From an uncultured Bacillota bacterium (lineage in GTDB: Bacteria > Bacillota > Dehalobacteriia > UBA7702), in contig CADBQN010000016.1 in NCBI GenBank assembly GCA_902796855.1, positions 7,038-71,037 on the forward strand: DNA of 64,000 nucleotides. Reading direction: 5' to 3'. This document shows positions 21,098 to 30,000 of the stretch, in pieces. Below the pieces are notes generated by a model. The model ran no database searches. It was not told the origin of the DNA and worked only from the letters and a program-made list of their open reading frames with translations. The translations under genes and the position numbers were made by a program. The first letter of the stretch is position 1; each line of letters opens with the position of its first letter.

Positions 21098-22582
21098 TTG
21101 ATGAGTGTATTTGAATGGACGCCTCTTGAAACGGCGGCAAAAATAAAAAAGAAAGAAGTCAGCGTCAGAGAAGTGACCGAAGCGGCGCTGAAGCGTGTGG
21201 GGGATGTTGACGCTGAAGTCGGCGCTTTTTTGCGGACAGAGGAAGATTATGCGCTGCGTCAGGCGGATATCGTTCAAAAGAAGATCGACGGCGGGGAGGA
21301 ACTCGGCCCTCTGGCCGGTGTTCCCTTTGGCCTGAAGGACAATATTTGCACAAAAGGCTTGGAAACGACCTGCGCCTCGAAAATCCTGTCGGGGTTCAGA
21401 CCGCCGTATCATGCCACGGCGACGCGTAAATTGGAAAAGGCCGGTGTCATCATGATCGGCAAAACCAATATGGATGAATTCGCCATGGGGAGCACATCCG
21501 AGACCTCTTACTATAAGACGACGAAAAATCCGTGGGATCTTTCCCGCGTCCCCGGCGGGAGCAGCGGCGGCAGCGCCGCCGCCGTCGCCGCGAGAGAGGT
21601 GCCTTTTACCATCGGTACCGATACCGGCGGTTCCATCCGCCAGCCGGCGGCCTACTGCGGGGTGACCGGTTTAAAACCGACGTATGGCGCTGTTTCCCGC
21701 TTCGGTCTGATCGCTTACGGTTCCTCGTTGGACCAGATCGGCCCCATCGCGCCGACGGCGCGGGACTGCGCCGCCGTGTTTAACGCCATCAGTGGTTACG
21801 ACGAAATGGATTCGACTTCCATGCCGCTGGAAATCGACGCCCTCAGGGAAATTGATGGCGGCGTGAAGGGCATGAAAATCGGTATCCCGAAATCCTATTT
21901 CGGTGAAGGCCTCCATGAGGAAGTCCGCGCCGCGGTTTTGGCGGCGGCGAAGGTCTTCGCGGCGGAAGGCGCGGAAATTGAGGAGTTCGATTTTCCCATG
22001 CTGGATTACGCCGTACCCGCCTATTACATCATCGCCTCGGCGGAAGCAAGCTCCAATCTTTCCCGTTACGACGGTGTGAAATACGGTTTCCGTTCCGAAC
22101 AGGCTGAAAGCCTCCGCGATATTTATCTGAAAACACGGACCGAAGGGTTCGGCGGTGAAGTGAAAAAACGGATCATGCTTGGGGCTTTCGCGCTGAGCAG
22201 CGGTTATTACGACGCTTATTATAACAAGGCGCTTCAGGTAAAGGCACTGATTAAAAAGGCCTTTGACGAAGCTTTCGCGAAATACGATATGATTCTCGGC
22301 CCCGTCGCCCCGACGACGGCGCCGAAGCTGGGCGAAAGTCTGAAAGATCCTCTGGCGATGTATTTAAGCGATATCTACACGGTCTCCGCAAATCTCTCGG
22401 GGCTCCCCGGTCTGTCTCTGCCCTGCGGCTTTGATAAAGAAGGAATGCCCATCGGCATGCAGCTTTTGGGGAAAGCCTTTGACGACGCGAAGCTGCTTCG
22501 CGCCGGCGCCGCCTATCAGAACGTGACGTCTTTTCATCGTGAAACGCCGGATATTGCCGAAAAAGGAGGAGAATCAGCATGA
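21098..22582 (+). CDS. gatA: Asp-tRNA(Asn)/Glu-tRNA(Gln) amidotransferase subunit A
   Basis: Amidase signature 'GGSSGGSAAAVA', 494 aa. Confidence 0.95.
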   Translation: MMSVFEWTPLETAAKIKKKEVSVREVTEAALKRVGDVDAEVGAFLRTEEDYALRQADIVQKKIDGGEELGPLAGVPFGLKDNICTKGLETTCASKILSGFRPPYHATATRKLEKAGVIMIGKTNMDEFAMGSTSETSYYKTTKNPWDLSRVPGGSSGGSAAAVAAREVPFTIGTDTGGSIRQPAAYCGVTGLKPTYGAVSRFGLIAYGSSLDQIGPIAPTARDCAAVFNAISGYDEMDSTSMPLEIDALREIDGGVKGMKIGIPKSYFGEGLHEEVRAAVLAAAKVFAAEGAEIEEFDFPMLDYAVPAYYIIASAEASSNLSRYDGVKYGFRSEQAESLRDIYLKTRTEGFGGEVKKRIMLGAFALSSGYYDAYYNKALQVKALIKKAFDEAFAKYDMILGPVAPTTAPKLGESLKDPLAMYLSDIYTVSANLSGLPGLSLPCGFDKEGMPIGMQLLGKAFDDAKLLRAGAAYQNVTSFHRETPDIAEKGGESA

Positions 22583-24006
22583 AATACGAAATGGTCATCG
22601 GTCTGGAAGTCCATACGGAGCTTTCGACGAAATCAAAAATATTCTGCTCCTGCACCACGGAATTCGGCGGCGAACCCAACACCCATTGCTGTCCGATCTG
22701 TACCGGTATGCCCGGCGTGCTCCCGAAACTCAACAAAAAAGTCGTGGAATACGGCATCGCCGTGGGACTTGCCACCAACTGTGAGATAACGCCTTACGGG
22801 AAATTTGACCGTAAAAATTACTTTTATCCCGATTTGCCCAAAGCCTATCAGGTCTCCCAGCTGTATCTGCCCATCTGCCGCAACGGTTCTGTGGAGATCG
22901 AAGGAGAGGGCTTTCATAAAACCATCGGCATCCACGAGATCCATATGGAAGAGGACGCCGGAAAACTGATCCATGATCCCATTTTCGACACGACCCGGGC
23001 GGACTACAACCGCTGCGGCGTGCCGCTTTTGGAAATCGTCTCCGAACCCGATTTCCGCAGCGCCGAGGAGGTCATCGCCTATCTTGAGACGCTCAAGGCG
23101 ACGCTGCAGTATCTCGGCGTTTCCGACTGCAAAATGCAGGAAGGCTCTCTTCGCGCCGACGTCAATCTTTCGGTCCGGCCCGAGGGGCAGGAGGAATTCG
23201 GTACCCGGACGGAAATGAAGAACCTGAATTCTTTCCGCGCCATCGCCAGAGCCATCGCCGCCGAAAAGAAACGCCAGATCGAAGTCGTGGAAAGCGGCGA
23301 AAAGGTGATTCAGGAAACGCGCCGCTGGGATGACGACGCAGGGAAGAGCTACGCCATGCGCTCCAAAGAGGACGCTCAGGATTACCGTTATTTCCCCGAG
23401 CCGGATCTCGCCCCCGTGGTGATTTCCGAAGCGTGGAAAGAGAAAATCCGTGCCTCTCTGCCGATGCTCCCACGGGAACGAAAGAAAAAGTATATTGAGG
23501 AATACGGCCTTTCCGAATACGACGCCCGCCTGATTACCGAAATCAAAGCGCTGGCCGACTATTTTGACGAGGTGAACGACATCGTCAAAAACCCGAAGGA
23601 GGTCGCCAACTGGCTCCTCGGTGATTTCATGCGTCTCGCTAAAGAAGGAGAGGACGATTCCTTTAATATCCTTTTAGACGCCGCTAAAATGGCGGAAATC
23701 ATCAAAATGATCAAGGAAAACCTGATCAACCGCAACACCGGCAAAGACGTGTTTTTCGCCGTGTGGAAGGAAAACCTCGATCCCCGTGCCTACGTGGAAG
23801 AGCATGATCTCGCCATGGTCGGCGATGACAGCCTCGTGCGGGATACCGTCGCCAAAGTGTTGGCGGCCAACCCCAAAACCGTGGAGGAATACAAGGGCGG
23901 CAAAACGAAAGTCCTCGGCTTCCTCGTGGGGCAGTGCATGAAAGAGCTGAAAGGAAAGGCGGATCCCGGCGCCATCAACGCCATGCTCCGGGACGCGCTG
24001 AAATAA
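22579..24006 (+). CDS. gatB: Asp-tRNA(Asn)/Glu-tRNA(Gln) amidotransferase subunit B
   Basis: 'MKYEMVIGLEVHTELST' GatB start; overlaps gatA stop (ATGA). Confidence 0.95.
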   Translation: MKYEMVIGLEVHTELSTKSKIFCSCTTEFGGEPNTHCCPICTGMPGVLPKLNKKVVEYGIAVGLATNCEITPYGKFDRKNYFYPDLPKAYQVSQLYLPICRNGSVEIEGEGFHKTIGIHEIHMEEDAGKLIHDPIFDTTRADYNRCGVPLLEIVSEPDFRSAEEVIAYLETLKATLQYLGVSDCKMQEGSLRADVNLSVRPEGQEEFGTRTEMKNLNSFRAIARAIAAEKKRQIEVVESGEKVIQETRRWDDDAGKSYAMRSKEDAQDYRYFPEPDLAPVVISEAWKEKIRASLPMLPRERKKKYIEEYGLSEYDARLITEIKALADYFDEVNDIVKNPKEVANWLLGDFMRLAKEGEDDSFNILLDAAKMAEIIKMIKENLINRNTGKDVFFAVWKENLDPRAYVEEHDLAMVGDDSLVRDTVAKVLAANPKTVEEYKGGKTKVLGFLVGQCMKELKGKADPGAINAMLRDALK

Positions 24007-24039
24007 ATATATCAATTATAATTCAAAGCAGGTGATGGA

Positions 24040-25653
24040 ATGAAACTCATTTTTTCCGGCGCCGATCACGAAGTGACGGGCAGCTGTCACTGTCTGACGG
24101 TCAACGGGAAGAACATCCTTGTTGATTACGGGATGGAACAGGGAAAGGATATTTTTGAGAATAAACCGATCCCCTTTGCTGCCCAGGATGTTGACTATGT
24201 CCTTTTAACCCACGCTCATATCGACCACGCCGGCATGCTGCCGTATCTCTATGTGAAAGGATTCCGCGGCAAGATCTTCGCGACGGAAGCGACGATGGAT
24301 CTGTGCTCCATCATGCTCCGGGATTCCGCTCATATTCAGGAATCCGAGGCCGAATGGCAGAACCGCAAAAGAAAAAGGGCCGGTCAGTCCCAGATTGTGC
24401 CGCTTTATACGATGGAAGACGCCGAAAAGGCCTGTCAGCTCTTTGCGCCTGTTCGCTACGGCGAGATGGTCGATGTCGCGCCGGGAATCCGCGCCCGTTT
24501 CACCGATATCGGTCATATGCTCGGTTCCGCCTGTATTGAGGTATGGCTGAAAGAAGGGGAGACGGAGAAAAAGATCGTTTTTTCCGGTGACGTCGGCAAT
24601 CTCAACCAGCCTCTCGTAAAGGATCCCTCCTTTGTGGAAGAAACGGATTATTTGGTCATTGAGTCCACTTACGGAACCCGTTATCATCAGATTTCCTCTT
24701 TTGATTACGCGACGGAACTGGCGGCGATCATTCAGCGTACCTTTGACCGCGGCGGCAACGTCGTGATCCCTTCCTTCGCGGTCGGCCGCACACAGGAGAT
24801 TCTCTATTTCCTCCGGGAAGTGAAGGAGAGAAACCTCGTTCCCGATCATCCGGATTTTGAGGTCTTTGTAGACAGCCCCCTGGCCATTGAGGCTACGGCG
24901 ATTTTCCGTGAAAATATGGCGGAATGTTACGATGAGGAAACGATGGCCCTCGTGAAAAAGGGGATTAACCCCATTGCCTTTGACGGTTTGAGGCTGGCGC
25001 AGACGGCGGCGGAATCAAAGGAAATCAACGAGGATTTCAAGCCGAAGATCATTCTTTCCTCCTCGGGCATGTGTGAAGGCGGACGCATCCGCCACCATTT
25101 AAAACACAACCTCTGGCGAAAGGAATCGACGGTTCTGTTTGTCGGCTATCAGTCCAACGGCACTTTGGGCCGGCTCATCGCCGACGGCGCCGAGGAAGTG
25201 AAAATCTTCGGCGAGCCGATTTCCGTCAAAGCGGAGGTCGCCGTGTTGGCGGGAATCAGCGGGCACGCCGATAAAGCAGGTTTGATGAACTGGGTCAGCG
25301 GATTTAAAACGCCCCTGAAACACGTATTTGTCGTTCATGGTGAGGATGAGACCTGCAGCGATTTTGCCGTTTTTCTCAAGCAGCAGTTCGGTTTTGAGAG
25401 CGACGCGCCGTTCAGCGGGAGTATTTACGATCTCGCGGCGGAATGCTATGAACTTCGGGCGGAAGCCGTTCCGGTCAGGAATCATAAAAAGGAAGGCAAA
25501 AAATCCATTGTCGATCCGTTCCCGACGCTGCAAAATCTTGGCCGCCGCCTCGGCAGTCTGATTACTTCCTATAAAGGTCGGGCGAACCGGGATATCCGGG
25601 CATTCAGCTCCGATTTGGAACATCTCTGTGAAAAATACGAAAACAATTTTTAA
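24040..25653 (+). CDS. MBL-fold beta-CASP family hydrolase (RNA-metabolising metallo-beta-lactamase-like)
   Basis: 'LLTHAHIDHAG' HxHxDH motif near N-terminus, 537 aa. Confidence 0.7.
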   Translation: MKLIFSGADHEVTGSCHCLTVNGKNILVDYGMEQGKDIFENKPIPFAAQDVDYVLLTHAHIDHAGMLPYLYVKGFRGKIFATEATMDLCSIMLRDSAHIQESEAEWQNRKRKRAGQSQIVPLYTMEDAEKACQLFAPVRYGEMVDVAPGIRARFTDIGHMLGSACIEVWLKEGETEKKIVFSGDVGNLNQPLVKDPSFVEETDYLVIESTYGTRYHQISSFDYATELAAIIQRTFDRGGNVVIPSFAVGRTQEILYFLREVKERNLVPDHPDFEVFVDSPLAIEATAIFRENMAECYDEETMALVKKGINPIAFDGLRLAQTAAESKEINEDFKPKIILSSSGMCEGGRIRHHLKHNLWRKESTVLFVGYQSNGTLGRLIADGAEEVKIFGEPISVKAEVAVLAGISGHADKAGLMNWVSGFKTPLKHVFVVHGEDETCSDFAVFLKQQFGFESDAPFSGSIYDLAAECYELRAEAVPVRNHKKEGKKSIVDPFPTLQNLGRRLGSLITSYKGRANRDIRAFSSDLEHLCEKYENNF

Positions 25654-25679
25654 TTCTGATTGGAAAAGTGGAGAGTAAA

Positions 25680-26108
25680 ATGGATCGAATTGCGATTGTC
25701 TATTGGAGCGGCCGCGGCGCGACGAAACAGATGATGGAATATGTGAAAACCGGCATTGAAGCGGTGGGGAAGAACGCCGATGTGTATACCGCCGCGGATT
25801 TCGGCATGAAATTGATGGATCGGTACGATAAAATCGCCTTTGGCTGTCCCGCCATGGGCAACGAGGAACTGGAACCTTCGGAATTTGAGCCGATGTTTCA
25901 GGAGATCGAACCGTACCTTCGCGGCAAAAAAGTCGTTCTTTTCGGTTCTTACGGATGGGGCGAAGGTCAGTGGATGCTCGATTGGGAAGTCCGCGCCTAT
26001 AACGACGGCGCCCTGCTGATGGCCCACGGTCTGATCGCCCAGGATGAGCCCGATGAGGAAGCGCGGATCGAGTGTGAAAATCTCGGTACGACCTTGGCCA
26101 TCGCGTAA
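25680..26108 (+). CDS. Flavodoxin
   Basis: 'MDRIAIVYWSGRGATKQM' flavodoxin FMN-phosphate loop (S/T-x-T-G-x-T); ATG with GGAGAG RBS preferred over ORF-track GTG. Confidence 0.8.
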   Translation: MDRIAIVYWSGRGATKQMMEYVKTGIEAVGKNADVYTAADFGMKLMDRYDKIAFGCPAMGNEELEPSEFEPMFQEIEPYLRGKKVVLFGSYGWGEGQWMLDWEVRAYNDGALLMAHGLIAQDEPDEEARIECENLGTTLAIA

Positions 26109-26185
26109 CCGTTTTCAGCATCATTTGGAAAAGCCGATGGTGTCCGTTCGTCAAAACAACATCGGTTCTCACGAAGAATAAGAAA

Positions 26186-26218
26186 GCGCCGCCGGATGAT
26201 CCGGCGGCGTTGTTTCTT
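26186..26218. terminator. Bidirectional terminator hairpin (GCGCCGCCGG...CCGGCGGCG)
   Basis: GC-rich 9-10 bp stem between the flavodoxin (+) stop and CooT-like (-) stop. Confidence 0.45.
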
Positions 26219-26243
26219 GGGTTCGTGCGCGCTTATGATTCAC

Positions 26244-26420
26244 TTATTTGGATGTGACGTTGATGATGGATTCCGTAAAATCAATGGATTCGACTTCACC
26301 CGTGACGGTCTTTTCTTCCCCAAAGAGGGTGATGAAGGTCAATTCGTCGCCGTTTTGACGAAAATTGGTGACGCTTTGAGCGAAATCATTCTGATCGACA
26401 AAGACTTTGGCGAGACACAT
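26244..26420 (-). CDS. CooT-family nickel-binding protein (second copy), 58 aa
   Basis: Minus-strand ORF MCLAKVFVDQNDFAQSVTNFRQNGDELTFITLFGEEKTVTGEVESIDFTESIINVTSK; AAGGAGG RBS lies inside the last codons of the upstream gene; below the 60-aa ORF-track cutoff. Confidence 0.55.
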   Translation of the reverse strand: MCLAKVFVDQNDFAQSVTNFRQNGDELTFITLFGEEKTVTGEVESIDFTESIINVTSK

Positions 26421-26423
26421 TGT

Positions 26424-26636
26424 TTATTCCTCCTTTTTCGCCATTTCAAGGGCAGCTTCCAGTTTTTCGTTGGCCTGATCCTGAAGGGCTTTCGCCTCTT
26501 GAATCAGCGCGGCAATATCGGCTTTATCCATTTTTTCGGCGTTTTCGGCGATTTCACCGATTTCGTCGCTGTGGTGTTTGTTATGATGAAGCATGTGATC
26601 GAGAAGAATGGTCAGTTTTTCGCTGTTTAATTCCAT
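26424..26636 (-). CDS. Small His-rich helical protein (HMLHHNKHH motif), 70 aa, possible metal (Ni) chaperone
   Basis: MELNSEKLTILLDHMLHHNKHHSDEIGEIAENAEKMDKADIAALIQEAKALQDQANEKLEAALEMAKKEE; AAGGAG RBS; translationally coupled to the CooT-like gene. Confidence 0.5.
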   Translation of the reverse strand: MELNSEKLTILLDHMLHHNKHHSDEIGEIAENAEKMDKADIAALIQEAKALQDQANEKLEAALEMAKKEE

Positions 26637-26862
26637 GGAATACACTCCTTTTCTGTCGTTTCCTCCATTATATGCTTAATCTGACCAACAAGCAAGAATA
26701 AAATACGAAAATGCGAAAATAAAAACACCAAAGACGGAAAATTGAACATTTTATAATAGGAGATTGATTTCATTTCCGGAAAAAAATACCTTTCGCCCTT
26801 GAAAAAAACGATGATCTTTGGTATTCTAAAAGATATCAAATTTATATGGGAGAAAAATAAAT

Positions 26863-28164
26863 ATGAAAAAGCAATTTGGCGTCGGTATTATGGGTCTCGG
26901 CACCGTCGGTCTCGGTACGGCGACGATATTGATGAAAAACAAAGAGACTTTGACCGGACGCAGGGACGGGGAAATCAAGGTCGTTTCCGTTTTGGAAAAA
27001 CGTGTGGATCAGGCTAAAAAAGATCTGGAAAAAATCGGCATCGATCCCGCCATTGTGACCGACGATTTTGAGCGGTTCATGACCGCGGACGGTCTCGATA
27101 TCGTCGTGGAACTGATCGGCGGCGTTACTGTGGCAAAAGAATATATTCTGAAAGCGCTGAACAGCGGAAAAAGTGTCGTGACCGCCAACAAGGATTTGAT
27201 GGCGATTCACGGTAAAGAACTGCTGGACGCCGCGGAACAAAATAAAGTGGATCTTCGTTTTGAGGCTTCGGTGGCCGGCGGGATCCCCATCATCAACGTC
27301 ATGAAACATGATCTCGTCGCCAATGAAATCGAGTGTTTCATGGGGATTATGAACGGCACGACAAACTATATCCTGACACGCATGTATGAGGAAAACGGCG
27401 ACTTTAACGATATTTTAAAAGAAGCTCAGGCCCTCGGGTACGCCGAGGCGGATCCCACCGCGGATATCGGCGGCTTTGACGCCGCCCGCAAAGTGGCAAT
27501 TCTGGCTTCCATCGCCTATAATAGTCGTGTGACCCTGGATGACGTTTTTGTGGAGGGGATTGAAAAGATTGACGCGAGAGATATCGCCGCCGCGGATAAC
27601 ATGGGTTACGTCATCAAGCTTCTCGGCATCGCCCAGGAAGTCGACGGTGAAATCGAAGCCCGCGTCCATCCGATGATGATCCCGAAAAAACACCCGCTGG
27701 CCGCTGTCGGCGACACCTTTAACGCCGTTTTTGTCCACGGCAACGCCGTCGGTGAAACGATGTTTTACGGCCGCGGCGCCGGCGATCTGCCGACGGGCAG
27801 CGCCGTGGTCGCCGATATCTGCGCCGTTGTCAGCCACATGAAGAACGGCGTTCTCGGAATTGAGGGCTGCACTTGTTATCTGAATAAACCCATTCGGGCG
27901 CAGGAGAACTTTATCTCGAAGTTTTACCTTCGCATGTGTGTAAAGGATTCCCCCGGCGTCCTCGCGCTGATTGCCAAGATCTTCGGCGATTACGGCGTCA
28001 GCATTGCCTCGGTGATCCAGGAAAAAGGCGATCACCAGCAGGCGGAGCTTTTCATCATCACCCACAGCGTCCGGGAAGGTGAGTTCATGAAAGCGAAGGA
28101 AGTCTTAATGAATACCGATGCCGTTTACGGAATTGAGAATATCATCCGGGTCGAAAAAGACTGA
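26863..28164 (+). CDS. hom: Homoserine dehydrogenase (with C-terminal ACT domain)
   Basis: 'GVGIMGLGTVGLGTA' NAD-binding start, 433 aa. Confidence 0.9.
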   Translation: MKKQFGVGIMGLGTVGLGTATILMKNKETLTGRRDGEIKVVSVLEKRVDQAKKDLEKIGIDPAIVTDDFERFMTADGLDIVVELIGGVTVAKEYILKALNSGKSVVTANKDLMAIHGKELLDAAEQNKVDLRFEASVAGGIPIINVMKHDLVANEIECFMGIMNGTTNYILTRMYEENGDFNDILKEAQALGYAEADPTADIGGFDAARKVAILASIAYNSRVTLDDVFVEGIEKIDARDIAAADNMGYVIKLLGIAQEVDGEIEARVHPMMIPKKHPLAAVGDTFNAVFVHGNAVGETMFYGRGAGDLPTGSAVVADICAVVSHMKNGVLGIEGCTCYLNKPIRAQENFISKFYLRMCVKDSPGVLALIAKIFGDYGVSIASVIQEKGDHQQAELFIITHSVREGEFMKAKEVLMNTDAVYGIENIIRVEKD

Positions 28165-28203
28165 CCCGATCGCGTAAGAAGTGTATAGAAAGGATCGAAA
28201 ACA

Positions 28204-29433
28204 ATGGCATTGATTGTACAAAAATTCGGCGGCAGTTCCGTCGCGGATCCGGAATGTATCCGGCGCGTCGCCAAGAGAGTCGCTGAGGGATATGACGAAG
28301 GCAACGACATGGTCGTTGTCGTTTCCGCGATGGGGGATACCACCGATCACCTGATTGAACTGGCGAAGGAACTGAATGAAAGAGCCTCGGCCCGGGAAAT
28401 GGATATGCTCCTCTCCACCGGTGAGCAGCAGACGATTTCACTCCTCGCCATGACGCTGAACGCCATGGGCTACAAGGCCGTTTCCTACACCGGCTGGCAG
28501 GCGGGGATTGTGACCGAAGACGTGGCTTCCAAAGCGAAGATCCTGAGCATCAGTCCCACCCGCATCGAGGAAAAGCTCAAAGAAAAATACATCGTCATCG
28601 TCGCCGGCTTCCAGGGCGCCACCGAAGAAGGCGAGATTACGACTTTGGGACGGGGCGGTTCCGATACGACGGCGGTGGCGCTGGCCTCGGCGCTGAACGC
28701 GGATTACTGTGAGATCTTTACCGATGTCGACGGCGTCTATACCACCGATCCGCGCATGGTGCCGGAAGCCCATAAAATCGACCGTATTTCCTTTGATGAA
28801 ATGCTGGAACTCGCCACCATGGGCGCCGGCGTCCTGCACCCCCGCTGTGTCGAGGTGGGGAAGGAATTCGGCACAAAGATCCACGTCCGCTCCAGCTTCA
28901 ACCATAATCCCGGCACCATCGTCGAAGCGCTGGACGGTAAAACCGTGGAACAGCAGATGGCGGTCAGCGGCATTGCCTTTGACCGCAACGTCGCCAAAAT
29001 CTCCATTTTTGACGTCCCCGACCGTCCCGGCAGCGCCGCCCGGATTTTTGACGTGCTCTCCTCGGAGCATATCAACGTCGATATGATCATCCAGGCCGGT
29101 CAGCGCCGCAACGAAAATAAAATCTCCTTTACGATCTCCTCCGATGACCTCGAAAAGACCAAAGGACTGATGGAGGCGATGAAATGGGAATTCCACGCCA
29201 AAGACACGGAGTATATCGATAATATTGCCAAAGTCTCCATTGTCGGCGCCGGTATGATTACGAATCCCGGGGTCGCGGCGCGGATGTTCGACATTCTGGC
29301 TGAAAACGGCATCAATATTCAGATGATCGCCACATCCGAAATCAAGGTCTCCTGCGCCATTGACGAGGGGGATCTCGAAAAAGCCGTCAAAGCTCTTCAC
29401 GAAGGATTCGGGCTGAGTGTGAAGCAAGACTGA
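28204..29433 (+). CDS. lysC: Aspartate kinase
   Basis: 'MALIVQKFGGSSVAD' aspartokinase start, two C-terminal ACT repeats. Confidence 0.9.
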   Translation: MALIVQKFGGSSVADPECIRRVAKRVAEGYDEGNDMVVVVSAMGDTTDHLIELAKELNERASAREMDMLLSTGEQQTISLLAMTLNAMGYKAVSYTGWQAGIVTEDVASKAKILSISPTRIEEKLKEKYIVIVAGFQGATEEGEITTLGRGGSDTTAVALASALNADYCEIFTDVDGVYTTDPRMVPEAHKIDRISFDEMLELATMGAGVLHPRCVEVGKEFGTKIHVRSSFNHNPGTIVEALDGKTVEQQMAVSGIAFDRNVAKISIFDVPDRPGSAARIFDVLSSEHINVDMIIQAGQRRNENKISFTISSDDLEKTKGLMEAMKWEFHAKDTEYIDNIAKVSIVGAGMITNPGVAARMFDILAENGINIQMIATSEIKVSCAIDEGDLEKAVKALHEGFGLSVKQD

Positions 29434-29480
29434 AAACGTGTATCACCAGCTAAATTATATTTAAATTTTAAAAATAACTG

Positions 29481-29509
29481 TTGACATTAGGCGTTGAATG
29501 GCGTATAAT
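29481..29509 (+). promoter_or_regulatory. Consensus promoter TTGACA-17-TATAAT driving tRNA-Pro(GGG)
   Basis: Perfect hexamers; tRNA 5' end 11 nt downstream of the -10. Confidence 0.55.
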
Positions 29510-29519
29510 GTAATCCGTT

Positions 29520-29597
29520 CGGGGCGTAGCTCAGTTTGGCTAGAGCGCTACCTTGGGGTGGTAGAGGTCGCACGTTCAAGTCGTGTCGCTCCGACCA
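29520..29597 (+). tRNA. tRNA-Pro (anticodon GGG)
   Basis: Cloverleaf: acceptor CGGGGCG/CGCTCCG (one G-U), D-arm GCTC/GAGC, anticodon stem CTACC/GGTAG with loop TTGGGGT, T-arm GGTCG..CGTTCAAGT..CG, 3' ACCA encoded. Confidence 0.85.
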
Positions 29598-29630
29598 GTT
29601 GAATAAGGCCCTCCTGCAGGGATAAAGAAA

Positions 29631-29660
29631 AAGATGGAGTATTTTTATTCCATCTTTTTT
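29631..29660 (+). terminator. Intrinsic terminator after tRNA-Pro (AAGATGGA...TCCATCTT + TTTTTT)
   Basis: 8-bp stem, T-run. Confidence 0.55.
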
Positions 29661-29714
29661 CTATGTTTTTTCAGGAAAACGTGCCGTGAACGTGCCATTT
29701 TTTCAAGATGATTG

Positions 29715-29743
29715 TTGACAGGCGGTTCGTTCTGTACTATAAT
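29715..29743 (+). promoter_or_regulatory. Consensus promoter TTGACA-17-TATAAT upstream of cobalamin riboswitch
   Basis: Perfect -35/-10 with 17-bp spacer. Confidence 0.5.
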
Positions 29744-29761
29744 ATGCACAAATAAAAGTTC

Positions 29762-29940
29762 ATATCTGTATCACAAGGTGCTTTGCTTAATAGGGAAGCA
29801 GGTGCGATGCCTGCACGGTCCCGCCACTGTATGGCAGAGGGAACGCCGTAACCACTCGTTCATTTTAATGGGCGGGGAAGGGGCGCTGACCGATGACGCC
29901 GAGTCAGGAGACCTGCCTTGACGATTTATGGGAATTCAGG
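29762..29940 (+). promoter_or_regulatory. Cobalamin (B12) riboswitch
   Basis: 'AATAGGGAAGCAGGTGCGATGCCTGCACGGTCCCGCCACTGTA' contains the conserved AGGGAA, GGTGC and CGGTCCCGCCACTG (B12 box at 29823-29829) elements; downstream helix 'GGGCGGGGAAGGGGCGCTGAC...GTCAGGAG'; expression-platform hairpin CACATC/GATGTG + T-rich 29950-29985 just before the RBS. Confidence 0.8.
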
Positions 29941-30000
29941 TAAGAGTTCACATCACTGAAAGATGTGGACTCTTTTATCTTTTCTAAGGAGGGATTCCCA

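Noticed and set aside
29965-30000. ATG at 29965 as start of the Zn-ADH (ORF-track start)
   Set aside because: It lies inside the riboswitch expression-platform hairpin and has no RBS. TTG at 30001 is 7 nt after AAGGAGGG and gives an N-terminus typical of MDR dehydrogenases.
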